Under the pieces are notes generated by a model. It was given only the letters and a program-made list of their open reading frames with translations, made no database searches and was not told where the DNA came from. DNA of 64,000 nucleotides, taken from assembly GCF_009914755.1 (NCBI RefSeq), contig NC_060931.1; one strand, 5' to 3'. Source of the stretch: the human T2T-CHM13v2.0 reference genome, Homo sapiens. Below, one piece after another: positions 13,231-26,371 of this stretch (positions are counted from its first letter, which is position 1; the number at the start of each line of letters is the position of its first letter). Both the position numbers and the translations under genes were made by a program.

Positions 13231-13612
13231 TCTCTATCTCTATACATTTGACTTTTTTATTCCACATATAAGCAAGATTATGTAATATTTTTCTGTGTCT
13301 AGCTTATCTCTATGTCAGGCTTATTTCATAATGTCCTCCAGTTTCATGAAAATGACAAGATCGCCTCCTTTATTCAGGTTGTTTAATCATGAAATATGTG
13401 GGAATTTCCTAGCTATTTTTCTGTTATTGACTTCTAATTTAATTTCATTGTGTTATGAGAACATCCCTTGTATAATTTATATTATTTAAAATTTATTAAG
13501 CTGTGTTTTATGGCCTAGAATGTGGTCAGTCATGGTGAATGTTTCATGCGAGCTTGAGAATAATGGGTGGTCTGCTACTGTTGGATGGAGCTTTCCATAA
13601 ATGCCATGTTCC
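13231..13612 (-). mobile_element. Two short L1 fragments (3' end piece and ORF2 endonuclease piece)
   Basis: ORF 13486-13680 contains HPTVADHPLFSSSHETFTMTDHILGHKTQLNKF, the L1 EN motif (S)KIDHILGHK. Confidence 0.85.
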
Positions 13613-15126
13613 AGGTAGCAGCAACTTTCTTTACAAGTGAATTTCCGTAGTCTTTCCTTTCTTCTAGACAACCGAGACAAGCAACTGTAAGACTGCTTAT
13701 CCTGTAGTCTCTTTCATCATCCCTGTCTTCCTGCCTCACTGAGAAAGAATTCCTTCCAAAATCTGCCTTCTAATTTCTCAGAAAACATCATATCTTTTGC
13801 ATACAACATCACAAAAACATCATATGTTTTGCATATGCTTGGATTTTTAAAAAATCAAATGGAATTATTCCCAGACTATGCACTGATGGAGATACTATTT
13901 CAAAGAAAATATAAAGATTGTCTGAAAAACAAATCTGCATCAATTTGGAGCAACTGCTTCTACAGAATAATTTGTGACCCACACAAATTATTCTGTAGAA
14001 TACAGTGCTAAGTAGGTAATGTGCTGTGTAATACAGTGCTAAGTAGGTCAATGTGCTGTGGTTAGGCAGAGAAATATTTTAAAACGTTTTGTCAGGAAGG
14101 GCCACTTAATAACATGAGAGTTGCTTGACATTACCCTAATAGGAGTATTCTAAATCATGCCCTAAAGTGAATATACTTGAAAAAAGTTCTATTTCTCATA
14201 AATAGCATTATGTACATGATATAAATAATAAAAGGTAGAATGTGTTGATGAAATTGCCAGAGGCAGTATAAGTAACTAGAAAAACAACATTCAAAATTAA
14301 ATGCTTTGTTATATTATGCTAATTATAAAAGCAATAATTTGTCACCCATTGAATATTTTGTATGAAATGTTTATTATAATAATGAATGTAATTTAAAAGA
14401 AGTGGAGACACTGATGAGGCAATAGAGGTTAAATGGTCTCAACATTCTTTTTCTTAAGCAAATATGCTCAACAACAATTTACAGTATGCAATTTTTAACT
14501 TCTTACAAAACAGAACTATTACTAAAAATGATAAACATGACAGCAATTTAAGCATTTTTTTAAAGGGATCTCTAACTTTACATAATCTCCTGGTACTGAA
14601 ATGCATATTATTTTAAATGAGTGTTATTTACTTAATAATCTATAAAAACTCATCTGACTCCTCCATAGATTTTTCTTATGCCAAAGCATATTAGAGTCCT
14701 TGCAGTGAAATATTAAACCCTTAGGTTATAAAACTTACAAATGAGCCGTAACTGTCGATTAGGTCAGTACAGGTGCTACATATGGGCCATCCTTTGGTTA
14801 AAATCACCTGTAATATTTCACAGATAAAAATATCAAGCCTGTACTGCAATGATTTACTATAAAAAGAAGATGCCATAAAAATGAAATGCATATATATTTT
14901 CTTTTCAAAAAGGTGTGAGATGTCTGAAAAAATTAATTTCTAAACATTTTAAAATGCAGTATATTTCAAGAAATATTCCATATCTTTAAATGTTTTAGAA
15001 TGACATTTAGATTATTCAGATTTCATTCTAATTTATTTCCAGTTATGCCAGAATACAATTGGAGGAATTATCTTAATTTATACCTACACCTGGAGGAGCA
15101 GGACCAAAGATAAAGAAAGAAAATTA

Positions 15127-15262
15127 GCAATGTTGTGAAGTGAAAGAAACACAGAACTGTAAATTCAGAGATCTTTATTGTAATCTAAGCTCTGCTACTA
15201 ACTAGCTGTGTTATCCAGACAGGGTATCTTACTTATTGAATCTTCAGTCTGGTTTCCTCTAG
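15127..15262 (+). mobile_element. MIR fragment
   Basis: MIR core aatctaagctctgctactaactagctgtgt...tcttcagtctggtttcctc. Confidence 0.7.
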
Positions 15263-16374
15263 AAGAAAGATATTAAAGTGTAATTTCTAAGGACAATCTC
15301 TGAGATAAATCAAGTTCTCAGTTATGAATGCCCACTTTTTTAAAAAAATTGAATTTCAAATTTAGACATAATTTTTAATAAAATAAATATGGGGGTGCTT
15401 AACATTTCTAAATCTACCAGTAAAGTCTCAAAGAAGGACCCTTAACTAAATGGTAGCGAGCAAACATCAAAATAATTATACATTTCAAGATAATTAAAAA
15501 GTAATAAATTTGTTAATCAAAAATGAGGTTAACATTGAATTGAGAAGTAGAACAATTACATAATTCCAAACTACTTTTGTTAATTTTAAAAAATTCAAAA
15601 TATTTAGATTTACAGAAAAGTTGTGTAGTGAAGATAGTTTTCATATGCTCTATCCCATTTCCTATGTTACTAACATCTTAAGCTAGTATCATACATTTAT
15701 CACAATTAATGAAACAGTATTGATCCATTCTTATGAACTAAAAGTTCATTCTTTATTAAGATGTTTTTAGTTTTTACCTATGTTATTTTTCTGTTCCTGG
15801 TTTCCATCCAGAATATCACATTTGTTTTGTTGGCTAGTCCCTTATGGCTCTTCTTGGCAGTGAAATTTTCTCAGACTTGCCTAGTTTTTGATGATCTTGA
15901 CAATTTTAAGTATACTGGTCAGGTATTTTGCAGAATTCAGGTTTCTCCAAGGAACTGTTTTTCTCATTTCATACCTGTGCTCTTCTGAAGAAAGTCACAA
16001 TGTACAGACCATGTTTCAGGAGAGGGAAGTGAAGATTAACCTCCTTTAGGGCACTGTCTACATTAAGTAATTGGAATTCTTCTGCAAGGGAGATTTGTTT
16101 TTTGTCTCCTTTTATTTATTTATTTAATTATTTACATCGGTATGGACTCATGGATATTTATCTTATACTCTAAGTTTTGATCCAATACAACTTTATTTTG
16201 TTGATTGAATTTTTCAGTTTTAACTAATAAAATCTCTTACATTTGACTATGGTATCTCTTCAACATACTTCCAGAATTGTATTTTTTTTTTTTTAGTATT
16301 TTATTACATTTAGTCACTATAAGATATATCAAGACTATCTTGCATATTTCCTGCCGTAGTCCTAGAACTAGCTA

Positions 16375-16460
16375 TTACGTTGGTGTAAAATTGTGTAATT
16401 TTGTGTTGTGTACACCAAATTACGTTGGTGTAATTGTGGCTTTTGCTATTAAAAGTAATG
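16375..16460. mobile_element. Rearranged MADE1 (Hsmar1-derived MITE) remnant
   Basis: TA followed by ttacgttggtgtaa (MADE1 TIR ttaggttggtgcaaaa), present twice, then gtaattgtggcttttgctattaaaagtaatg; splits the host L1 text ctagcta|tttctcc. Confidence 0.7.
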
Positions 16461-16683
16461 TTTCTCCAAAGAGACCTGTTTAATTTTTTTTAATTGCACA
16501 TGCCATTAGAAACGAAAATTCAAGATCTTGAATCTTCGTTTCTAAGTAGTGTGTGTCATCATAGTGCATTGCTGCTGAGATGCCATTACTTCTATACTCT
16601 CTTAGCTTACAGACAAGAGGATACATGTACATATATACACTAACCTGTGTACATGCACGTATCTATACATAGTACTCTATTTG

Positions 16684-16980
<297 letters not shown>

Positions 16981-17617
16981 TACTCTATTTGTGGATCCGT
17001 GCCTGCATTAAGCTAGATATGAGTTCATAATGATGCCCGTAAGTCAAATCACTTACCACATGGATCATCCCAGGCTTACTGTTTATTGTAAACTTCCACT
17101 CTAACATTGAGAAAACTCTTCTCATTCACCATCCATTTTTCAATTCTGGTATACAGATCTAGCGGTTTCAGACTTGTTAGCCAATAGTCTTACTGGAAAC
17201 AACTTTGTTAACTAGACTATAATGCTTATATATTGTACCTTTTAATCTGACTATCTCCATCATTTCCAAAGTGACTTAGGTCAGCACCATTTTCCCCTGA
17301 CTCCATTAGGTAAGATTATTCTATACATATGCAATAACATCAGATTTTTTTCATTGTCTGCATTCTATCCTGGGATCTCCCAACTACATAAATATTCATT
17401 TGTCATTTTCATACATTAAGGTCCACTCTATGCTATATAATGCATGGGTTTCAACAAATTATAGTGCCATGTGTCCTCAATTACAGTATCATATACAGCA
17501 GTTTTAAAGCCCTAAACAATCCCGTGTGGTTTACATATTCAACTCTCTCTCCCTGCAAACCCTGGCTAGCAGTGATCTTTTTTACCATGTTTATTTTTGC
17601 TTTTTCACTATGTCATA

Positions 17618-17978
17618 TGATTTGGTCTGAATATTTGTGTTCTCTTAAAATTCTGTTGTTGAAATACTAACCCCCAAGTTGATGGTATTAAAAGATGGGA
17701 ACTTTGGAAGCTGATTAGGTCATCCACCCTCATAAATGAGATTAGTGACCTTATAAAAGAGACCACAGAGAGATTCCACTCTTCTTCCACCATATAAGGA
17801 CAATGCAAAAAAAGACAGCCATCAATGAATCAGGAAGTGGGTCCTCAGCAGACACTGAATCTGCTGGCACTTGGTCTTGAACGTGCCAGCCTCTCAAACT
17901 GTGAAAAATAAATTTCGGTTGTTTATAAACCACCCAGTTTACAGTATTTTATTATAGGAGACTGAATGATCTAAGACA
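17618..17978 (+). mobile_element. MLT1A0-type MaLR solo LTR
   Basis: TG...CA ends, 361 bp, cttataaaag TATA, aataaa, ends ctaagaca; 5-bp TSD tcata. Confidence 0.92.
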
Positions 17979-18506
17979 TCATATAAACAAAAGCCTGAAC
18001 TATGTAGCCTTTTCAGACTGACTTATTTCTTTAAGCAAAATTCATTTAAGTTTCTTCCATGTTTCTGCATATCTGGCTAGCTTATTTTCTTTTACTGGTA
18101 AATAGTATTTCATTGTATGATTGTTCTACAGTTTGGTTACCTATTCACCTACTGAAGTATATCTTGGTTGCTTCCAGGTTTGGCGATTATGAACAAGGAT
18201 GCTATTAACATCTATGTGAAGGTTTTTGTGGGGACCTATATTTCTAATTCAGTCTGGTAAATACATAGGCATTCAATTGGTAAGATCACATGGTAACCCA
18301 ATGCCTAGCTTTATGAACAACTGTCAAACCACCTTCCAATATGTCTGTGCTTTTTTGCATGTCCATCAGCAATGAGCATTCTTGTTGTTCAGCATTCTTG
18401 CTCACTATTGGTGGAGACAGGTTTTTATTATTTTAGCCATTTTAATAGGTATGGAATGACATTTCCTTGCTGTCTTGATTTGCAACTACCTAGTGACAAA
18501 TGGGAT

Positions 18507-19295
18507 TGTTTGTAGAAAAAACACAAATTGTTTTTCCTGTGCTTTCACAGCACAGCGATCAACACAGAAGACTTCTGTGACCACATGTGTGGGGAATTCT
18601 CCTCATCAACAAGCAATCAATTCCGCAGTGAACACCATCTGAGTCTCTTCTAATTCAATTCAGTTCTGATGCTATCTACCTTGACATAGTGTCAAATGTC
18701 ACAAGATGCGAGATCAGTCCTCAAGCCTGCCCCTACTTATGGTGCTAACCGCAGTCCTAGGTTGTTTTACCTGTGCTTCTGACCAACTAGCTATAAAGTG
18801 GGGATCCTACAAACCCCTCCTTGGGTTTGGTTAGTTTACTAGAGTGGCTCACAGAACTTAGGGAAGCACGTACTTATGCTTACTGGATTATTATAATGGA
18901 TTTTACAGATGGATTATATAGATGAAGAAATACTTAGGATAAAGTATGGGAAAGGTAACAAAGCTTCCTGCCCTCCCCAGGTATGCCATCCTACAGGAAC
19001 CTCCATGTATTCAGCTATTGCAAAGCTCTCCAAACTCTACCCTTTGGGGGTTTTATGGAGACATCATTATGTAGCTATGATTGATTAAAACATTGGACAT
19101 TGGTGATAACTTAACCTTCAGCTCCTTTACCCTCTCTGGAGAATGGGAGGAGAAAATGGGGACCAACCCTTATCCTGTAGCTACCTAGAAGCTGTCAGCC
19201 ACCAGTAAACTTATACTTGATATTCTCAGTATTTTAGGCTTTATATGCAAGGAAATGGGGCTGAAAACTAAATATATGTATTTTACAGTATCACA
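18507..19295 (-). mobile_element. MER21-family LTR (ERVL)
   Basis: aacacagaagacttctgtgacca...caattcagttctga...gagtggctcacagaact...; ends aaatatatgtattttacagtatcaca. Confidence 0.85.
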
Positions 19296-20172
19296 AGGGT
19301 TGAACTTTTCATATGCTTATTTTCCACTTGTATATCTTCCTGGTGAAGTATATTTTCAGATCTTTTGCTCATTTTTAAATTGGGTTGTTCATTTTCTTAT
19401 TTTGAGATTAAGATGCTTTGTATATTTTGGATGCAGTTCCTTTATGAGATACATGATTCTCAAATATATCTCCCAGTCTGTGACTTGTCTTTTTTATCTT
19501 GTGAAAGTGTCCTTCAAACAGCGAAAGTTTTGAATTTTAATAAAGTTCAACTTATCTATTCCTTCTTTAATGGATTGTCCTTATGGTTGTTTTAAAAAAT
19601 TCATCACCCAAGGTCACCTGAATTTTCTCCTATATTTTCTTTTAGAATATTTACAGTATTAAATACAGCATTTTACATTTAAGTAGGGGAGATGTGAGGT
19701 CTGTGTCTATATTTTTTGTTTGTTTGTTTGCTTGGTTGGTTGTTTATGATGAATGTCCAATTGCTTCAGCACTGTTTGTTAAAAAGGAAAGCACCGAGTT
19801 ATTTCAACAGTAGTATTCTTTCGTCAATACCATGCTATGTTGAATACTGCCGCTTAAGGGTAAGTCTTAGAATCAATTACTGTGAGTTGTCCAACTATGT
19901 TCTAGGAAGAACTGTTTCTCTTTCTCTAGTGCTTTTTAGAATGCTTGCTTTTCAATATAAATTTTAGAATTGATTTGTCAATATCTATATTTTGCAGGTA
20001 TTTTGGCTGGTATTGCATTGAGTCCATAGATCAACTTGGGAATAACTGGCACCAGGCCTCCAATCTATGAACATAAAATATCTCTTCATTTGTTTATATC
20101 TTTATTTAATCAAATATGTGTACATTTCCACATAAAGACCCCATTGTATATATTTTGGTAGAATAAACCTAT

Positions 20173-22945
20173 TGTCTTGGTCCCTTTGTGCTGGTATTGT
20201 AAAATACCACAAACTGGGTAATTTATTGAAGAAAACCAAAAATGTTTCATCCCAAAATACATATTTTTGACATATTTTGAGACGGCTATTTAGAGGGACT
20301 GCAAACACAAAAACAGCCCTAAAAAGCTACTCTTCTGAGAGGGAGATTTGCATCTGTAGAGGAAATAAAGTGAGATAAATAGCAGATGCAAACTGGCTTT
20401 CTTTGAGGACCCTTCTTGGATCTAGGAAAGATTAACTGAGAGTCCGACACCTTTGAAAGTCTAACAGAGAAACTTATCCCACAGGCTACCCTGTATTCTT
20501 TCTGAGAGTTTCTATCTGTGAGGTTTTATCTGCACAGCAAGACCTCTGCTCTATGCCTTTCTTTCTTGCTCCCTTTCATAACTTGTCTTGCCTTGCTCCA
20601 AGCCCCTATTCTTTCTGTAACCTCAAGACAGTATAAAAACATCAACCATCTGGCCCTTTCTCTGCGTTTTCTTATTTTGTATGGCTTCCATTCATGTGTA
20701 TGCACATTAATAACTGTGTATGCTTTTTACCTGTTAATCTGTTCTGTTTCTTTTGTAAACTCAAATGATCAAATATTCAGGGAAAACATTAAACTGCCCT
20801 ACATGATAAATAACAGAAATTTATATCTTGCGGTTCTAGAAGCTGAGAAGTCCAAGATCAAGGCACCAGCAGGTTCAGTGTGTGGTGAGAGCTGCACTCC
20901 GCTTTAAGATGGTGCCTTAAAGGCAGTGTCCTCACATGGTGGAAAGCAGAAGGGCAAGAAGAGCCTAGCTAGTTTCCATTCAGCCTTTTTATAAGGTTGC
21001 TAATTCCATTCCTGTAGGCAGAACATCCACGGCTCAATTGCCTGCAAGGCCTCACTTCTTCAGTAATGCTGCATTGGGGTTTCAGTTTCGAAGAGGACAC
21101 AAACAATAAAACCATAGCATTTCTCCTTTGGCTCCCCAAAATTTGTATCCTTCTCACATACAAAACATATTTATTCCATCCCAATAACCCCCAAAGTCTT
21201 CATTTGTTCCAGCATGAACTCAACAGTCTAAGCCCAGCATCTCATCTAAATCAGATATGGGTGAGACTAAAGGTACAATTTATACTAAGCAAATTTCTCT
21301 CCAGCTACGAATGTGTACAATCAAACAAGTTATTGTTTCCAAAATACAATGGTGGCCCAGGCATAGGATAGACATTTCTGTTCCAAAAGGGAGAAATAAG
21401 CAAAAAGAAATGGGTAACAGGCCACAAGTAAGTTCAACACACAACAAAGTAGACATTAAATCTTGAGGATTGAAAATCTTCTTTGACTTGATGTCCTGCT
21501 TTCTGAACAGAGTTGGGGCCTCAAAGCCCTGGGAAGCCCCGTGTCCATGGCTTTGCTGCATGCAACTCACACAGCAGCTAACAAGTTGGAGTCCAATGCC
21601 TATGGCTCTCCCAGTCTGGCATTGCACACTGGTGGCTCTACCGTCCTGGGGTTTTGGGGGTTGCCTCAACCCCACAGTTCTATTCAGCATTGTCTTAGTG
21701 AAGATTCTCTCTACAGTGGCCCAACCCGTGTGGTGGTTCTTTGCCTAGACACCAAGGCTCTCCTATGCATCCTTTAAAATCGAGGTGGAGGCAACCATGC
21801 CTCCACAGCTTGGATGCTCTGTGCACCTTCAGAGTTAGCACTATGTGGATGCTGCAAGGATTAAAGATTGTACCTCTGGTGTGGTGGTCTGAGCTGCAGC
21901 TGGGTGCATTTGAGCTACAGCTGAGGTGGCCAAGGAGCACAGTGCTGAAATGTGAAGGGCAGAAACTTGGAGCCGAGCTGGGCTGCAAGCCTCGACATCC
22001 AAAGTGTGCCCTAGGCCCCTCCCCTGAAACCTCTCCTATCAAGGCCCTGGCATTCTGGGCCCATGATGGTAGTGGCAGCCTCAAATATTTCTAAAATGCC
22101 TTCAGGGTCATTCTTCCATTGTTCTGATGAATAATATCTAGCTTTCTTCTATCATAATAATCTCCCTATCAAATTGTTCACTTATCCACACCCTTGGCAT
22201 TTTTCTTTTCTTTTTTTTTTTTTTTTTTTTACCAGAATTAGGATTTTTATACTTTACATGGCCAGGCTGAGAATTTTCCAAATATTTTAGTTCTGCTTTC
22301 CTCTTGATTATAAATTTCATCTTTAATTTGTTTATTTCTTGGTTTTATTTCAAGTAGAAGAAAGGTTTTATTTCAAGGGGAGAAGCCATGCATCACCTTC
22401 AACACTTTTTTATATACTTCTGCAAAATATCTTAGTTTGTCACTCACAAGTTCTGCCTTCCGCAAGGCAGGAAGTAGGTCATAGACACAATGCAGCCAAG
22501 TTCTTTGTTACTTTATAACAAAGATGGCCTTTCTTCTGGTTTCCAATAAGATGTGCCTCATTTCCATCCGAAACCTCGTAAGAATGACCTTTACTGTTAT
22601 TTCTACCAACATCAGATCATGACCACTTAAGTCATCTCTAAGAAGATTAAGACTCTGTCTATAGCTCTCATTTTCTTCTGAGCCCTTATCAGAATGCAGT
22701 TTTTTTGAGCATGCATCCCCAAACTCTTCCAGCCTCTACACATTACCCAGTTCTGAAGCCACTTCCACATTTTTTAGGTATTTGTTTTAGTAACGCCCCA
22801 CATCTGGTACCAATTCCTGTCTTGGTCTATTTGGGCTGCTATAACAAAGTATCACAGAGTGCATAGTTTATGAACAATAGAAAAATTTATTTCTCACAGT
22901 TTTGCAGATTGGGAACTCCTGCAAAATCAGGGCACTGGAAGGTTT
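20173..22945 (-). mobile_element. MaLR provirus (MLT1A/MSTC-D type): LTR 20173-21119, internal 21120-22817, second LTR 22818-~22945 truncated
   Basis: Both LTRs start tgtcttggtc...gctg; 1.7 kb internal region with MaLR-int text (aaatcagatatgggtgagact; ctggtaccaatt next to the LTR). Confidence 0.9.
20227..20803 (+). mobile_element. ERV1 solo LTR (LTR49/MER34/MER39 group) inserted in the MaLR LTR
   Basis: tgaagaaaaccaaaaatgtttcatcccaaaatac...ggagatttgcatctgtaga...gtataaaa...ccctaca; 4-bp TSD ttat/tgat; the host LTR resumes at aaataacagaaattt. Confidence 0.85.
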
Positions 22946-23745
22946 GTTGGATGGAGCGGTCTATACATGTCAATTATATCAAATGTATCTATAGTGCTGT
23001 TAAGGTCAACTGTATACTACTGATTTTCTTTCTGCTTGATCCATCAATTACTGAATAAGTGTTATCAATGCCTCCAACTGAAATAGTAAACACGTATTTT
23101 CCTTGTAATTCTATCAGTTTTTCTTCATGTGCCTTGATGCTCTTTTATTTGGTTCATACACATTTAAAATGTTCATCTTAAGTGATTAAACAATTTATCA
23201 TTATGAAATGCTCAGTAATCTTTCTTGTTCATAAGTCTGCTTTGACTGAATAAAATATAGCTGAACTAGCTTTATTTTGACTAGTATTATGTGGTGTATC
23301 TTTCTCTATCCCTTTGTTACCCATATATCTGTGTCCCTGAATCTAAAGTGAGTTAGTTTCAGGAAATACATGTTGGATCTTGATTTTTTATCAACTCTAG
23401 TAATCTGTCTTTTAATTGGTGTATTTAGACCACTAACATTTAGAGTAATTATTATAGTTGGATTAATACATACAGTATTTGTTGTCTATTGGTCACATTT
23501 GTTTCTTTTTTCCCTTTTCTTTCTCCTTATCTGCCTTTTCTGTTGTTTTTTTTTTAATTTAGCATTTTATAAGATCTCTCTAAGCACATCAGCTATTTTG
23601 CCTTTCAAAAATTATTTGTTGCTGTAGAGTTTTGACACACATTCTAAATCTATCTTCAAATCATATATCATTTTAAATGTAGCACAGATATACTGTAATA
23701 GAGAATTCTCAATTGTTCCCTCTTGTTCCTTCTGACATTGCTGTT

Positions 23746-24162
23746 TGTATTAGTCTGTTCCATTGCCAAAAAGGAATACCTGAGACTGGGTAATTAACAA
23801 AGAAAAGAAGTTTAACTAGTTCATAGTTCTATGGGCTATACAAGAAGCATGGCAACAGCATCTGCCTTTGAGAGGACCTCAGGAAGCTTCCACTCATGGT
23901 AGAAAGTAAAGGGGGTGCAGGTGCTTCACATGGTGAGAAAGAGATCAAGAGAGAGGTGAGGAGGTGCCACTCACTTTTAATCAACCAAATCTTTCATGAA
24001 CTCACAGAATAACAGTTCACTCATTGCCATGAAGAGGGTACCAAGTCATTCATAAGAGACCTGCCCCCATGAGCCAAACACCTTCCATCAGGCTCCACTT
24101 CCAGCAGTGGAAATAACATTTCAACATGAGAGTTGGAGGGGACAAAGATCCAAACTATATCA
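23746..24162 (-). mobile_element. MSTB-type MaLR solo LTR
   Basis: tgtattagtctgtt...ggaatacctgagactgggtaatt...tccaaactatatca; TSD ctgtt/atgtt. Confidence 0.92.
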
Positions 24163-24952
24163 ATGTTATTCATTTTACTTATCTGTATAATTCCCAAAAC
24201 TTTGTTAATATTATTACTTTAAGAAAGCAGTTACTTTTAAGATCAATAAATATAATTGATCTTTTATTTTTTCTTACTATTCTTTCTCTCTGCTTGATCC
24301 AAGTTTGTGGCTTACATTCTTTTCTTTCTGCCTATAGAATATCTACTAAGTTTTTTTGCAGGGAAGATCTGGTTGAAAATGAACACTCAATACATGAAAA
24401 AAAATTATGTCTTTTTTTACATTTGAAGAATAATTTTAATGGATGTAAATTTTTTAAAATACTCTAAATATATTTACATTAAAGTATATTTAAGTATTTT
24501 TCACCACTCTATTCTTTCTTCCATGGTTTCTGATGAGTCATCTACTGTAATTCTTATATTTGTTCATCAGTAGGTAAGGTGACCTTTTTTCCTTCTGGAT
24601 TGTTTCAAGATTTCTCTTTATCTTTGGTTTTCTGCAGCTTAAATATAAAATGTGTAGCTGCAGCTTGTTTTTTCTCAGTAGTTATTCTGTTTGGATTTGT
24701 CTAGTTTCTTGAATCTGTGTTTTGGTCTCTGTCTCAGTTGTTATAATTTCAAATATTTCTTCAGTTCCTTTCAATTTATCTTCTGTCATTCTAATTACAC
24801 ATTTTTACACTTTTGAAATCATCACAAAGGTCTTGTATATTCTTTTCTACTTTATTTTCTTTCTTCGTTTTTCACTCTGTTATGTTAGTAATGTTTGTAG
24901 AGGGTGAACATTCTCTAATCTTCTAATTAAATCTGATTATTTTAGTGGCCTG

Positions 24953-25461
24953 TGTTGGGAGCAAGCCCCCCAAAATCCGGCCATAAACTGGCCCCAAGAC
25001 TGGCCATAAACAAAATCTCTGCAACACTGTGACGTGTTCATAACGGCCCTAACGCCCAAGCTGGAAGCTTGTGGGTTTACGGGAATGAGGGCAAGGAACA
25101 CCTGGCCCTCCCAGGGCGGAAAACCGCTTAAAGGCATTCTTAAGCCACAAACAATAGCATGATCGATTTATGCCTTAAGGACATGTTCCTCCTGCGGTTA
25201 ACTAGCCCAACCTATTCATTTAATTCGGCCCATCCCTTTGTTTCCCATAAGGGATACTTTTAGTTAATTTAATATCTATAGAAACAGTGCTAATGACTGG
25301 TTTGCTGTTAATAAACATGTGGGTAAATCTCTGTTAGGGGCTGTCAGCTCTGAAGGCTGTGAGACCCCTGATTTCGCACTTCACACCTCTGTATTTCTGT
25401 ATGTGTGTCTGTAATTCCTCCAGTGCCACTGGTTTAGGGTCTCCCCGACCAAGCTGTTCCC
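24953..25461 (+). mobile_element. MER9a solo LTR (HERV-K HML-3 / HERVK9)
   Basis: tgttgggagcaagccccccaaaatccggccataaactggcccc...agggtctccccgacc; about 510 bp; 6-bp TSD ggcctg, typical of ERVK. Confidence 0.93.
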
Positions 25462-26199
25462 GGCCTGCTTTCCAGAGCTGTGACTTTCACAAGTGTTTTT
25501 CCAATGGTTTAACTTTTTATTTTTTTCTGCTGTCTACTTCTTTTTCCAGACACAGAGTTCCAGAATGCTGTTTTATCTTTCTTCCTTCTTAGTTGAAATA
25601 AAACTAGTATTAGATTTAGAACTGTGTTCTGTCAAAGTCTTTTCCCTTGGGAAACTTGCCTTTATTATGATCAAGTTTCTGGGAATATTGCACAATGATT
25701 ACTCTTCTCTCCCTAACAGAGCCATGAGATCATCATTGGATCTTCACTGTGAGAAACCAGTGGTATTCTTGGAGGTAATATCCCCGAAAATCTTGCAGTG
25801 CCCATGCTGTGGTTCTGAGGTCTTTCTCACTCTCACACTCGACAGTTCATCAATAGTCCAGACTCGACAATTCATCAAAATTACTCTTTAAATAACAAGT
25901 TTATAGCCCCAGGGCCTCCTATTCCAAGTAAGCCATTCTTCATTGCTATCTCTCTGTATGCACCTCTCTCTACAGATTTGGGGTTCTGTAACTTCAGTTC
26001 TCTGATAGGACCCAGAAATTACTGGTTTTCAGCTTTTCCAGCTTTTACTGTTGTAAGGATGGTGTAATTATTTCCAAGCTCTTTACCTGTAATAAATAAA
26101 TCCTGAAGTGTAATTAAATGCTTTTAAGTATAAAATTCTTAGCCAGTGATACCTTGTCCCTTTTTATAAAACAAAACAAAACCAAAAAAAAAATAGTTA

Positions 26200-26345
26200 T
26201 GTAAGTATCATCTAGGAATCTTCTTAGAAAATAGACCCCTAGAGATTCTGTTTCAGGAATGTTGTGATCCAGACACCATTATTAAGAACTAACCTTGGTA
26301 AATTTTTTTTTGTACAATCAGGTTGTAGAAACTAATGGTCTAGAA
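26200..26345. mobile_element. MER5-like hAT-Charlie fragment
   Basis: ccctagagattctg...agaaactaatggtctag resembles the MER5A end; heavily diverged. Confidence 0.45.
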
Positions 26346-26371
26346 AATAAAGGTAATATTTTTAGAGTTAT

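Noticed and set aside
10640-16670. Apparent segmental duplication between ~10640-13230 and ~15570-16670
   Set aside because: Both are L1MC-type 3' UTRs, highly diverged from each other, with different internal deletions and no shared flanks. They are independent insertions.
21066-22094. Cluster of overlapping 70-136 aa ORFs
   Set aside because: They lie in the GC-richer MaLR internal region, so they are remnants or chance frames of the retrotransposon.
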